A stretch of DNA of 41,002 bases from an uncultured Lachnospiraceae bacterium (GTDB lineage Bacteria; Bacillota; Clostridia; Lachnospirales; Lachnospiraceae), in contig CBFFYP010000040.1 in NCBI GenBank assembly GCA_965646165.1, forward strand, positions 1 to 41,002, in the 5' to 3' direction. Both the position numbers and the translations under genes were made by a program. Below, piece by piece: positions 15,008 to 24,028 of the stretch (position 1 is its first letter; each line of letters opens with the position of its first letter). A model generated the notes under the pieces. The model was not told the DNA's origin. It worked only from the letters and a program-made list of their open reading frames with translations, and searched no databases.

Positions 15008-16471
15008 ATGGGCAGGAAGCAGAGCAGCGAACGAAATTTATCTATGGTAATGGATTTTTATGAAATGACAATGAGTAATGGTTATTTTCATAACGAAAAC
15101 AGAGAGGTAAAAGTTGTATTTGACGTATTTTACCGCCGAAATCCGGATCGGGCAGGATATGCTATTTTTGCGGGACTTCAGCAGATTATTGAGTATATTC
15201 AAGATTTGCATTTTTCAGAAGAAGATATTGATTATTTAAGAGAACAGCAGATTTTTGAAGAGGAATTTTTAGATTATCTAAAAAATTTTAAGTTTACAGG
15301 GGATATTTATGCTTTTCGGGAAGGGACAATTATGTATCCCAATGAGCCGATTCTTACGGTAGTTGCTCCTTTGATTGATGCACAGTTAATTGAAACGGCG
15401 GTTTTGCTTCAAATCAATCATCAGTCTTTGATTGCAACGAAGACGAAACGGATTGTAAAGACGGCACAGGGAAGAGGGGTTTCTGATTTTGGTGCTAGAC
15501 GTGCGCACAATATGGATGCAGCGGTATATGGTGCAAGAGCCGCTTATATCGGCGGGGTAGGCTCAACAGCTACGGTGCTTGCCGGACAGATGTTTGATAT
15601 TCCGGTAAGCGGAACAATGGCGCATAGCTGGGTGATGTTTTATCGGGATGAATTTACGGCATTTCAAAAGTATGCCGAGTGTTATCCAGATAATACGGTT
15701 TTATTGGTGGATACGTATGATGTCATTCGAAGCGGGATTCCAAATGCCATTCGTGTGGCAAAAGAAGTGTTAGAGCCGCTTGGAAAACGTCTGAAGGGTG
15801 TGCGGATTGACAGCGGAGATTTGGCTTATCTTTCAAAAAAAGCAAGGAAACTTTTGGATGCTGCCGGACTGACAGACTGCAAAATTGTAGCTTCAAATAG
15901 CTTAGATGAGTATACCATTACTTCTTTGCTGAATCAGGGGGCAAAAATAGATAGTTTTGGAGTAGGAGAACGTTTGATTACTTCAAAGTCGGATCCGGTA
16001 TTTGGAGCGGTTTATAAGATTGCTGCAGTAGAAGAAAATGGGGTATTTGAGCCTAGAATTAAGGTATCAGAAAATGTAGAAAAGATTACGAATCCGGGAA
16101 TAAAAGAAGTGTATCGGATTTTTGATGAAAGTAAAAAGGCTGTGGCGGATATGATTGCGAAAAAGGGGGAAGAGATTGATTTCTCGAAACCGGTGCGGTA
16201 TGTCGATCCGATTAAACCCTGGAAAAATCGGTTTTTTGAAAATTGTACGGCAAGGACACTGCAAGTTCCTGTCTTTTTGGAGGGGAGTTGTGTTTATCCA
16301 AAGGAAAGTTTGAAGGAAATTGCTGCTTATGTAAATATGCAGTTAGAAAATGAGATTTGGGAAGAAGAGCAGCGGTTGGAGAATCCGCATAATCACTATC
16401 TGGATATGACACCGGATTATTATGAGCTGAAGATGGGGCTTTTAGATGATGTGCAGAAGCAAAAAAAGTAG
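15008..16471 (+). CDS. pncB: Nicotinate phosphoribosyltransferase
   Basis: NAPRTase family signature regions (NLSMVMDFYEMTM, YAIFAGLQQ, GTMAHSWVM). Start chosen at ATG 15008 with GAGGAG RBS; the ORF track starts at 14966. Confidence 0.9.
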   Translation: MGRKQSSERNLSMVMDFYEMTMSNGYFHNENREVKVVFDVFYRRNPDRAGYAIFAGLQQIIEYIQDLHFSEEDIDYLREQQIFEEEFLDYLKNFKFTGDIYAFREGTIMYPNEPILTVVAPLIDAQLIETAVLLQINHQSLIATKTKRIVKTAQGRGVSDFGARRAHNMDAAVYGARAAYIGGVGSTATVLAGQMFDIPVSGTMAHSWVMFYRDEFTAFQKYAECYPDNTVLLVDTYDVIRSGIPNAIRVAKEVLEPLGKRLKGVRIDSGDLAYLSKKARKLLDAAGLTDCKIVASNSLDEYTITSLLNQGAKIDSFGVGERLITSKSDPVFGAVYKIAAVEENGVFEPRIKVSENVEKITNPGIKEVYRIFDESKKAVADMIAKKGEEIDFSKPVRYVDPIKPWKNRFFENCTARTLQVPVFLEGSCVYPKESLKEIAAYVNMQLENEIWEEEQRLENPHNHYLDMTPDYYELKMGLLDDVQKQKK

Positions 16472-16484
16472 TGTAAAAAAAGGG

Positions 16485-16512
16485 TTGTTTTTTGTTATAA
16501 AATAGTTATAAT
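16485..16512 (+). promoter_or_regulatory. Sigma-A-type promoter for thi operon (-35 TTGTTT 16485-16490, -10 TATAAT 16507-16512)
   Basis: 16-nt spacer. Predicted TSS just before the riboswitch. Confidence 0.55.
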
Positions 16513-16519
16513 GTAAGAT

Positions 16520-16612
16520 ATGGGGAGCTTATTAGAATAGGCTGAGAGTAAGCATGTGAGGCTTTTACCCTTAAAACCTGATTTGGATAATGCCAACGTA
16601 GGGACATAGTTT
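16520..16612 (+). promoter_or_regulatory. TPP (THI-box) riboswitch
   Basis: GGGGAGC...CTGAGAG...ACCCTTAAAACCTGATTTGGATAATGCCAACGTAGGGA matches the THI element consensus. Lies upstream of thiM-thiE-thiD-thiC. Confidence 0.88.
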
Positions 16613-16623
16613 GCAAAGATAGG

Positions 16624-16661
16624 ATGCAGATATGCTTTTTTGGCGTATCTGCATTTTTTGT
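16624..16661 (+). terminator. Riboswitch expression-platform intrinsic terminator (GCAGATA...TATCTGC + TTTTTT)
   Basis: 7-bp stem followed by a T-run between the THI box and thiM. Confidence 0.6.
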
Positions 16662-16670
16662 GTGTAATTA

Positions 16671-16706
16671 GGAAGGACGCCAGAAAATGGGGTACTGTTG
16701 TGTATG
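16671..16706. repeat. Family-1 fragment (GGAAGGACGCCAGAAAATGGGGTACTGTTG)
   Basis: Matches 6255-6290 (GACGCCAGA...GGGTACTGCTG). Confidence 0.4.
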
Positions 16707-16766
16707 TTAAAATAGAATAAAATTTGGCAAATTTATGTTTCTAAGTGAGAAGAAGGAGGAACTGAA

Positions 16767-17588
16767 ATGTTGAAAGAATGTTTAGAGGCTGTGGGAGAAA
16801 AGAAACCGTTGATTCATAATATTACAAATTATGTAACGGTAAATGATGTGGCAAATGTGCTGCTTGCTTGTAAAGCAAGTCCGATTATGGCAGATGATCC
16901 GCAGGAGGCAGCGGAGATTACGGAAATTTGCAATGGGTTAAATATTAATATTGGGACGCTGAATCAGCATACGATTCCTGCTATGTTTGCGGCAGGAAGA
17001 CGGGCTGCTGAGCTGGGGCATTGTATTTTGCTTGATCCGGTGGGGGCGGGAGCAAGCTCGCTTCGTACAAATACAGCATTGAAGTTGATGCAGGAGATTC
17101 CGTTTGATTGTATTCGGGGAAATAGTTCAGAGATTAAGACATTGGCATTGGGAAGTAAGACAACGCAGGGAGTGGATGCAAATCAGGCGGATACGGTAAC
17201 GAAAGAAAATTTGGATGAGATGGTTTTGTTTTTAAAGGCGTTTGCAAAGGAGCAAAAGAGTATCATTGTTTGTACAGGGGCGATTGATTTGGTTTCGGAT
17301 GGGAATCGTTGTTATGTAATTTATAACGGGCGTCCGCAGATGGGACGGATTACCGGAACGGGATGTCAGCTTTCTGGGTTAATTACTGCTTATTTGGCGG
17401 CAAATCCAGAAAGAAAGTTAGATGCTTGTGCAGCAGCGGTATGTCTGATGGGGCTTGCCGGAGAATTGGCATGGAAGCGAATGGAAGCAAGAGATGGAAA
17501 TATTTCCTATCGAAATCGAATTATTGATGAGATTGGGGTAATTAGCGGAGAGGAATTAGAGAAAGGGGCAAATTATGAAGTGCAATGA
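16767..17588 (+). CDS. thiM: Hydroxyethylthiazole kinase
   Basis: PLIHNITNYVTVNDVANVLLACKASPIMA signature. Strong RBS. Confidence 0.92.
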   Translation: MLKECLEAVGEKKPLIHNITNYVTVNDVANVLLACKASPIMADDPQEAAEITEICNGLNINIGTLNQHTIPAMFAAGRRAAELGHCILLDPVGAGASSLRTNTALKLMQEIPFDCIRGNSSEIKTLALGSKTTQGVDANQADTVTKENLDEMVLFLKAFAKEQKSIIVCTGAIDLVSDGNRCYVIYNGRPQMGRITGTGCQLSGLITAYLAANPERKLDACAAAVCLMGLAGELAWKRMEARDGNISYRNRIIDEIGVISGEELEKGANYEVQ

Positions 17589-18243
17589 TTTATTGTTGTA
17601 TGCCGTAACGGATCGAAGTTGGTTAAATGGAAAGACGCTGGCTTGGCAGGTGGAAGAGGCGCTAAAGGGAGGAATTACGATACTGCAGCTTCGGGAAAAA
17701 AGTCTTATGGAGGCTCAGGAGGATTTTTTTAAAGGGGGGATTTATCAAGAGGCTTTAGAGATTCAGAGATTGTGCAGACAGTATAAAGTCCCTTTTTTGA
17801 TTAATGATCAAGTGGAGATTGCCTGTCGGATGGATGCAGACGGGGTGCATGTAGGGCAGAGTGATATGGCAGCTTCTTTGGTGAGAGAGAAGATTGGGAA
17901 AGAAAAGATTTTGGGTGTATCAGTGCAGACGGTGGAGCAGGCGGTTTTGGCAGAGCGGCAGGGAGCGGATTATCTTGGAGTGGGAGCAGTGTTTACTACA
18001 AGATCGAAAGCAGATGCACAGGCAGTTGATAGAGATACTTTGTGCAGGATTTGTCAGGCAGTTTCTGTTCCGGTTGTAGCAATCGGAGGAATTACGGAGG
18101 AAAATATGGGACAGCTTGAAGGGACAGGGATTTGCGGGGTTGCAATGATTCGTGCGATTTTTGCACAAGCGGAGATTGAGCAGGGGGTAAGTCAGCTTTT
18201 ACAAAAGTGTCGGAAACTTTTTAAAAAGGAAAAAGGAATATAA
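17575..18243 (+). CDS. thiE: Thiamine-phosphate synthase
   Basis: ThiE/TMP-TENI fold motifs. Overlaps thiM by 14 nt. Confidence 0.9.
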   Translation: MKCNDLLLYAVTDRSWLNGKTLAWQVEEALKGGITILQLREKSLMEAQEDFFKGGIYQEALEIQRLCRQYKVPFLINDQVEIACRMDADGVHVGQSDMAASLVREKIGKEKILGVSVQTVEQAVLAERQGADYLGVGAVFTTRSKADAQAVDRDTLCRICQAVSVPVVAIGGITEENMGQLEGTGICGVAMIRAIFAQAEIEQGVSQLLQKCRKLFKKEKGI

Positions 18244-18273
18244 AAATCCGAAGGGAGGTTTAAAGTAATTAAA

Positions 18274-19074
18274 ATGGAACGGGAGAAAATAAAAGCAGTT
18301 CTTACAATCGCAGGAAGTGATTGTTCGGGTGGTGCTGGAATTCAGGCGGATTTAAAGACAATGACAATGCATGGAGCTTATGGGATGAGTGTGATTACAG
18401 CACTGACTGCACAAAATACTACAGGGATTTATGGTGTACATACTGTGACGGAGGATTTTTTAAAAAGGCAGATAGATAGTATTTTTACGGATATTGTGCC
18501 GGATGCGGTAAAGATTGGGATGATAGGTTCAAAGTTTTTTATAGATGTAATAGCAGAGCGTCTTTTTTATTATCGGGCAAAGAATATTGTTTTTGATCCA
18601 GTGCTGGCTTCTACTAGTGGGACAGAACTTTTGGATAAAGATGGCAGGAAGGATTTAGAAGAGAAGTTGTTTCCGATGGCAAGACTTGTGACGCCAAATA
18701 GACCAGAGGCGGAGATTTTTTTGGGGAAAAAGATAGAAACAGGAGAGCAAGTCGCAGCGGCAGCGGTTGAAATTGGACAGAGATATGGGTGCAGTGTGCT
18801 TTTGAAAGGAGGACATGGGGCAGGTCAGGCAGATGATTTTCTTTATAAACAGAAAGAGAATCGAAAGATTTGGATTAGCGGGAAGCGATATTTGGTTTCA
18901 AATACACATGGAACGGGGTGTACATTGAGTTCCGCAATAGCGGCAAATTTGGCAAAAGGAAGCAATTTGGAAGAGAGTGTGAGAATGGCAAAAGAATATA
19001 TTAATGGGGCTTTGCAGAATGAAATATATCTGGGAGCTGGAAATGGACCGCTGAATCATATGTGGTGTAAATAG
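18274..19074 (+). CDS. thiD: Hydroxymethylpyrimidine/phosphomethylpyrimidine kinase
   Basis: LTIAGSDCSGGAGIQADLKT ribokinase-like ThiD signature. Confidence 0.92.
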   Translation: MEREKIKAVLTIAGSDCSGGAGIQADLKTMTMHGAYGMSVITALTAQNTTGIYGVHTVTEDFLKRQIDSIFTDIVPDAVKIGMIGSKFFIDVIAERLFYYRAKNIVFDPVLASTSGTELLDKDGRKDLEEKLFPMARLVTPNRPEAEIFLGKKIETGEQVAAAAVEIGQRYGCSVLLKGGHGAGQADDFLYKQKENRKIWISGKRYLVSNTHGTGCTLSSAIAANLAKGSNLEESVRMAKEYINGALQNEIYLGAGNGPLNHMWCK

Positions 19075-19125
19075 AGAGTAAGTGAAGGAGATTATAAAAA
19101 ATAGCAGAGTCAGGAGGAAAAAGGG

Positions 19126-20424
19126 ATGTATACAACGCAAATGGAAGCAGCACGGAAAGGAATCGTAACGGAGCAGTTGAAAATAGTTGCCGAAAAGGAA
19201 AGAATGACAGCAGAAGAGTTAATGCCGCTTGTAGCAGAGGGAAAAGTGGTGATTTGTGCAAATAAAAATCATAGTTGTTTAGAACCAGAGGGAATCGGTT
19301 CGATGCTTCGTACAAAAATCAATGTAAATCTTGGTGTGTCAAGAGATTGTAAAGATTATGATACAGAGATGAAAAAAGTATTGGAAGCGGTTTCTATGGG
19401 GGCACATTCGATTATGGATTTGTCTTCTCATGGAGATACACAGCCGTTTCGAAAAAAATTGACGGCGGAGTGTCCGATTATGATAGGTACGGTTCCGGTT
19501 TATGATGCAGTAATTCATTATCAAAGAGATTTGGCAGAATTAAGTGCAAAAGATTTTTTAGATGTGATTCGGCTTCATGCGGAAAACGGAGTAGATTTTG
19601 TCACTTTGCACTGTGGAATTACCAGAAAAACAATAGAGCAGATTCGAAATCATAAACGAAAGATGAATTTGGTTTCACGGGGAGGTTCTTTGGTTTTTGC
19701 ATGGATGTGCATGACAGGAGAGGAGAATCCGTTTTATCAGTATTATGATGAAATTTTAGAGATTTGCCGGGAATATGATGTAACGATTTCCCTTGGTGAT
19801 GCCTGCCGACCGGGATGCCTTGCGGATGCTTCGGATGTCTGCCAGATAGAAGAATTGGTAAAGTTGGGGGAATTGACAAAACGGGCGTGGGAGAGGGATG
19901 TACAGGTTATGGTAGAAGGACCGGGACATATGCCAATGGATCAGATTGCTGCAAATATGAAAATTCAGCAGACGATTTGTATGGGTGCGCCTTTTTATGT
20001 ATTAGGACCTTTGGTAACGGATATTGCTCCGGGATATGATCATATTACGGCGGCGATAGGCGGAGCGATGGCGGCGGCTTGCGGGGCTTCTTTTCTTTGT
20101 TATGTTACACCGGCAGAACATTTGGCACTGCCAAATTTAGAAGATGTAAAACAGGGAGTGATTGCTTCGAGAATTGCAGCACATGCGGCGGATATTGCAA
20201 AAGGGATTCGAGGTGCTAGAGAACAGGACGATGCTATGGCAAAGGCAAGGAGGGAATTAGATTGGGAAAAACAGTGGGAATGTGCGATTGATCCGGAAAC
20301 GGCAAAGAGGATTCGGGCAGAACGAAAGCCGGAGCAGGAAGATACTTGTTCGATGTGCGGAAAATTTTGTGCTGTGCGGAGTATGAACAAGGCTTTGGCA
20401 GGGGAATATATTGATATTTTATAG
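19126..20424 (+). CDS. thiC: Phosphomethylpyrimidine synthase
   Basis: 432 aa, ThiC family, C-terminal CSMCGKFCA Fe-S motif. Confidence 0.93.
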   Translation: MYTTQMEAARKGIVTEQLKIVAEKERMTAEELMPLVAEGKVVICANKNHSCLEPEGIGSMLRTKINVNLGVSRDCKDYDTEMKKVLEAVSMGAHSIMDLSSHGDTQPFRKKLTAECPIMIGTVPVYDAVIHYQRDLAELSAKDFLDVIRLHAENGVDFVTLHCGITRKTIEQIRNHKRKMNLVSRGGSLVFAWMCMTGEENPFYQYYDEILEICREYDVTISLGDACRPGCLADASDVCQIEELVKLGELTKRAWERDVQVMVEGPGHMPMDQIAANMKIQQTICMGAPFYVLGPLVTDIAPGYDHITAAIGGAMAAACGASFLCYVTPAEHLALPNLEDVKQGVIASRIAAHAADIAKGIRGAREQDDAMAKARRELDWEKQWECAIDPETAKRIRAERKPEQEDTCSMCGKFCAVRSMNKALAGEYIDIL

Positions 20425-20436
20425 GATGAGGGGGTG

Positions 20437-21000
20437 CTTTCACCGGACGCCAGAGGCGGTTTGCTCCTGTCCTTTGCCTGCTCCGCTCCAAACGGTAAGA
20501 AAGTCTAGGGCTTCTGATTTCGGTTCATCCAACCGGACGAACCGGGGCGCAATTCGCCCTCATTTCAGCCGAAACATAATTGGTGTAAGGAAGAATTTTT
20601 CCAGCTACAAAACAGCCTCTTCTCTATTCTCCGGGCTAAACACGCCCCTTTTTTTGCATACCCTGCATGGAAGCAGGATATGCAAAAAATTCTAAGTTTT
20701 CGAACAGAAGCCCAAAACTTTCTAACCGTTCTCCGAAGTCGCTGGCAAAGGACAGGAGCAAACCGCCTCTCGCTGTTGGCTGAATAACAGTAGAAGTTAT
20801 ATTTTATTACAGAGCAAGTTTTCCGTAAAGTTTAGACATCATTCTTTTTTGTTTCGGAGTCAAGAAACAGTCAGATTCGAAAACAGTGGGCAGCCTGCAG
20901 TGACTTTGGAAAAAAGTTAGAACTTCTTGCTTTTTGGAAACTGGAACAGCAGGCTGCTCACTGTTTTCGAATTTGGCGTCCTCTGACGTCCTCTGGTGTT
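20437..21000. repeat. Family-1 composite structured repeat, copy B (largely the reverse complement of copy A blocks, one hairpin module only)
   Basis: 20440-20510 is the reverse complement of A 515-580. 20510-20625 is the reverse complement of A 387-520. 20632-20690 is the T-run/hairpin/A-run module. 20690-20990 is the reverse complement of A 60-300. Ends ...TTTGGCGTCCTCTGACGTCCTC. Confidence 0.8.
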
Positions 21001-21043
21001 CTCCTTCCATTATCCAATTTATTAAAGTTATAGAAATAAATAC

Positions 21044-21072
21044 AAGACATTTTTCTTATTTAGGTGTATACT
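21044..21072 (+). promoter_or_regulatory. Possible promoter (-35 AAGACA, -10 TATACT, 17-nt spacer) upstream of the HD-domain gene
   Basis: Hexamers by eye only. Confidence 0.3.
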
Positions 21073-21202
21073 GGTATTGGCATGGAGAGGGAAGCGTGCA
21101 GTTTTCGTCTTAACTTTGACTTATGTATGGGTTAAGGGAAGAGTTTTAAACAGGAAGAGTAGAGAAGGAACCAGTTGATACAATAAAATGGAGGAGATAA
21201 AA

Positions 21203-21856
21203 ATGGAAAGAACCGTGTTTTATCCAGAGAAGATGTATACTTATATTCGTGGTTATGCTTCCGGGGCGGGGATGACACAGACATTAAAGGCATTGTCATT
21301 TGCAAGGGACAAGCATGAGGGACAGACTCGGAAAGGAGGAGAACCTTATATTGTGCATCCGCTTACTATGGCGTGCAATGCATTAAGTATCGGGATTCGG
21401 GAGGATAATATTATTGCAACGATTCTGCTTCATGATGTTTGTGAGGATTGCGGTATTAGTTTAGAAGAACTTCCGGTGGATGATGTTGTGCGGCGCAGTG
21501 TAGCATTGATGACATTTCGGGTTATGGAAGGAGAAACCAAAGAGATTGCCAAGAATCGTTATTATAATGGGATTTTGGAAAGCAGAGAGGCTGCTATTAC
21601 AAAATTGGTTGACCGCTGCCATAATGTTTCTTGTATGGCGGGAACTTTTTCGAAGGAAAAGTTAAAGGCATATATTGAAGAAACCAGACAGTATGTACTT
21701 CCGCTTCTTCGAAAGATAAAGCAGAGGTATCCAGATGAAGCAGATGCTTTGTTTGTGTTAAAATATCATATTGTAAGTGTGGTGGATTCAATTGATGCTA
21801 TGATTCAAATTTATGAAAAGGAAGCGGATACAGATAAAATAGAATGTTTTGATTAA
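21203..21856 (+). CDS. HD-domain hydrolase (RelA/SpoT-type hydrolase-only, small alarmone hydrolase-like)
   Basis: [17 protein letters not shown] ... [10 protein letters not shown] motif. GGAGGA RBS before ATG 21203. Confidence 0.7.
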   Translation: MERTVFYPEKMYTYIRGYASGAGMTQTLKALSFARDKHEGQTRKGGEPYIVHPLTMACNALSIGIREDNIIATILLHDVCEDCGISLEELPVDDVVRRSVALMTFRVMEGETKEIAKNRYYNGILESREAAITKLVDRCHNVSCMAGTFSKEKLKAYIEETRQYVLPLLRKIKQRYPDEADALFVLKYHIVSVVDSIDAMIQIYEKEADTDKIECFD

Positions 21857-21893
21857 ATGCTTAATGAAATGAAATGGTTAAGGAGAATTTGTA

Positions 21894-22553
21894 ATGAGAA
21901 TAAAAAGAAAATTAAAAAGGAAGAAAGGGATAGGACTCCTTTTTATTTCTGTTTTGGTAATTAGTATAGGGATGACAGGATGTGGAGCAGGAAATGCAGA
22001 AAATACTACTTCTGAACTGCAGGTAGAGCAAAGTACAGAAGTATATTTGACGGGAAAACATTATGTAGAGATTTCTGTAAAAGAAAAAGGAACGATTCGT
22101 TTGGAGTTAGATGCGGACAGTGCACCGATTACCGTTACGAATTTTATTAATCTTGTGGAGTCTGGTTTTTATAATGGACTTACATTTCATCGGGTAGTAG
22201 ATGGATTTATGATACAGGGAGGTGATCCGCAGGGAGATGGATATGGCGGATTGGAAACCAAAATTACCGGAGAATTTTCGGAAAATGGAATAGAAAATCC
22301 ATTAAAGCATACAAGAGGAGCAATCTCTATGGCACGTTCTATGATGCCGGACAGTGCAAGTTGTCAATTTTTTATTGTACATCAGGACAGCCCGGATTTA
22401 GACGGAAAATATGCCGTATTCGGATATGTAACAGAGGGAATGGAAGTAGTAGATGATATCTGTGCAACAGCTACCGGGCAAGATTTTAATGGAGTACTGC
22501 CGACAGAAAATCAGCCGGTGATTGAATCAATTTCAGTAATAGACGGAGAATAA
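21894..22553 (+). CDS. Cyclophilin-type peptidyl-prolyl cis-trans isomerase, lipoprotein
   Basis: Lipobox ...GMTGCGAG. FHRVVDGFMIQGGDPQGDGYGG cyclophilin signature. Confidence 0.9.
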   Translation: MRIKRKLKRKKGIGLLFISVLVISIGMTGCGAGNAENTTSELQVEQSTEVYLTGKHYVEISVKEKGTIRLELDADSAPITVTNFINLVESGFYNGLTFHRVVDGFMIQGGDPQGDGYGGLETKITGEFSENGIENPLKHTRGAISMARSMMPDSASCQFFIVHQDSPDLDGKYAVFGYVTEGMEVVDDICATATGQDFNGVLPTENQPVIESISVIDGE

Positions 22554-23029
22554 TGATAATGGAAATCAGAAGAGCAGAAGAAAGAGATTTGGAAGGAATT
22601 AATCGTTTGTTAATGCAGGTTTGTTTGGTTCATCATAAAGGCAGACCGGATTTATTCCGATATGGAGCAAAAAAATATACAGATGAACAGTTAAAAGAGA
22701 TTATCCGTGATGCTCAGCGACCAATTTTTGTGGCAGCAGATGAGAATCAGAATATTTTAGGATATGCATTTTGTATCTTTCAGCAGCATAAGAACGATAA
22801 TATTTTAACTGATATTAAAACACTGTATATTGATGATTTATGTGTAGAAGAAAACCAAAGAGGACAGCATATCGGCAGCAGTCTATATCAGGCAGTCTAT
22901 GCATTTGCAAAACAAAATTACTGTTATAATGTAACTTTAAATGTATGGAGTTTAAATGAATCGGCAATAAAATTTTATGAAGCGTGTGGTCTAAAGCCAC
23001 AAAAAATAGGAATGGAAGTAATTCTATAG
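22553..23029 (+). CDS. GNAT family N-acetyltransferase
   Basis: 158 aa. Q-R-G-Q-H-I-G acetyl-CoA-binding motif. Start overlaps the previous stop. Confidence 0.75.
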   Translation: MIMEIRRAEERDLEGINRLLMQVCLVHHKGRPDLFRYGAKKYTDEQLKEIIRDAQRPIFVAADENQNILGYAFCIFQQHKNDNILTDIKTLYIDDLCVEENQRGQHIGSSLYQAVYAFAKQNYCYNVTLNVWSLNESAIKFYEACGLKPQKIGMEVIL

Positions 23030-23040
23030 AAGAGGACGCT

Positions 23041-23174
23041 AAAATCCGAAGGAAGGTCTGCTCCGGGTCCGCTTGCGCTTAGCATTTCCTCGTAGCGGAC
23101 ACATAAGGCGCTAAAACACAGCGCCTAAGTGCCGACGGGAAATGATGACCCTGTGCAGACCTTCCTTCGGATTT
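23041..23174 (+). repeat. Family-2 structured repeat, copy 1 (20-bp perfect terminal inverted repeat AAAATCCGAAGGAAGGTCTG / CAGACCTTCCTTCGGATTTT, two internal hairpins)
   Basis: Internal stems GTCCGCT/AGCGGAC and TTAGGCGCT/AGCGCCTAA. Preceded by GAGGACGC. Sits 11 nt after the GNAT stop. Confidence 0.8.
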
Positions 23175-23251
23175 TGGCTGTGTATTTCTGGCAGAAGAAC
23201 AGAATAATTATAAATGTTCAGGAATTAAGTAAAACTTATATAGATAGTGAT

Positions 23252-23632
23252 ATGGAAAGTATTGCAAAATATGTTGGTTTAACTGCTGATAAAGGGAATT
23301 TTAGTAAGAATAAAAATATGTTGTCTGTATTAAAAGACATAGTTTGGGAATGTATGAAACGTTGGAGCAAACTTATAAGGAGGTATTTGATTAAGATGGA
23401 GAGATGGACGATTACAGATGAAATAAGAGAATATTTACCATATACTTGTGCATATGCTGAGTTGTATGGTAAAAAGGTGTCAGAGAATGTATATGAAGTG
23501 GATTTGATTAGTACGTTTGAAACGCCTTCAAGGTATGAACATCAACCAGAATTGTTGTATGAGGAATGTATTAGGCTAGGAAAGAAATGGACGGATATTG
23601 TTTCAAGAGTAAAAAAGGGTATGATATTATAA
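23252..23632 (+). CDS. Hypothetical protein (AT-rich, no recognisable motifs)
   Basis: The ORF track gives 23129-23632, but its 5' part lies inside the repeat. First plausible start is ATG 23252. Confidence 0.3.
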   Translation: MESIAKYVGLTADKGNFSKNKNMLSVLKDIVWECMKRWSKLIRRYLIKMERWTITDEIREYLPYTCAYAELYGKKVSENVYEVDLISTFETPSRYEHQPELLYEECIRLGKKWTDIVSRVKKGMIL

Positions 23633-23861
23633 AAGTTGCAGTTTTTTTCTATCTTTTGATTCAAAAGTTGTTTGGATTGGAAGAAAGGGAGAAAAGGAAG
23701 GATGTATAATCGGACAGTGATTGATGTTGTACAACATACTACAACTTTTCAAGCAAGAAATCCAAGTGGATATGCTGTAAAAAACCGACATGTTTCGTTG
23801 GTATTTTGTCTTGAGCCAGAAATGGAATCAGAGATTACTTGCTATGAGTAAAAAAGTGAAA

Positions 23862-24028
23862 ATTCTGGCTGGTAGAAACAGCTGAAATGGGAAGAAAGGT
23901 CTATGCAGGGTCATCATTTCCCGTCGGCACTTAGGTGCTGTATTTTAGCACCTTAGTGTCCGCTACGAGGAAATGCTAAGCGAGAGCGGACCCGGAATAG
24001 ACCTTTCTTCCCATTTCAGCGTCCCCCT
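23862..24028 (-). repeat. Family-2 structured repeat, copy 2 (inverted relative to copy 1; overlaps the last codons and stop of the GH2 gene)
   Basis: 15-bp IR GGGAAGAAAGGTCTA/TAGACCTTTCTTCCC. Internal hairpin TTAGGTGCT/AGCACCTAA carries a compensatory pair relative to copy 1. GGGGGACGC terminus encodes ...RGGR-stop of the GH2 protein. Confidence 0.75.

Noticed and set aside
23702-23851. 50-aa ORF MYNRTVIDVVQHTTTFQARNPSGYAVKNRHVSLVFCLEPEMESEITCYE as possible AraC-family N-terminal remnant
   Set aside because: No convincing motif. Too short. Retained only as a note within the bracketed AT-rich segment.
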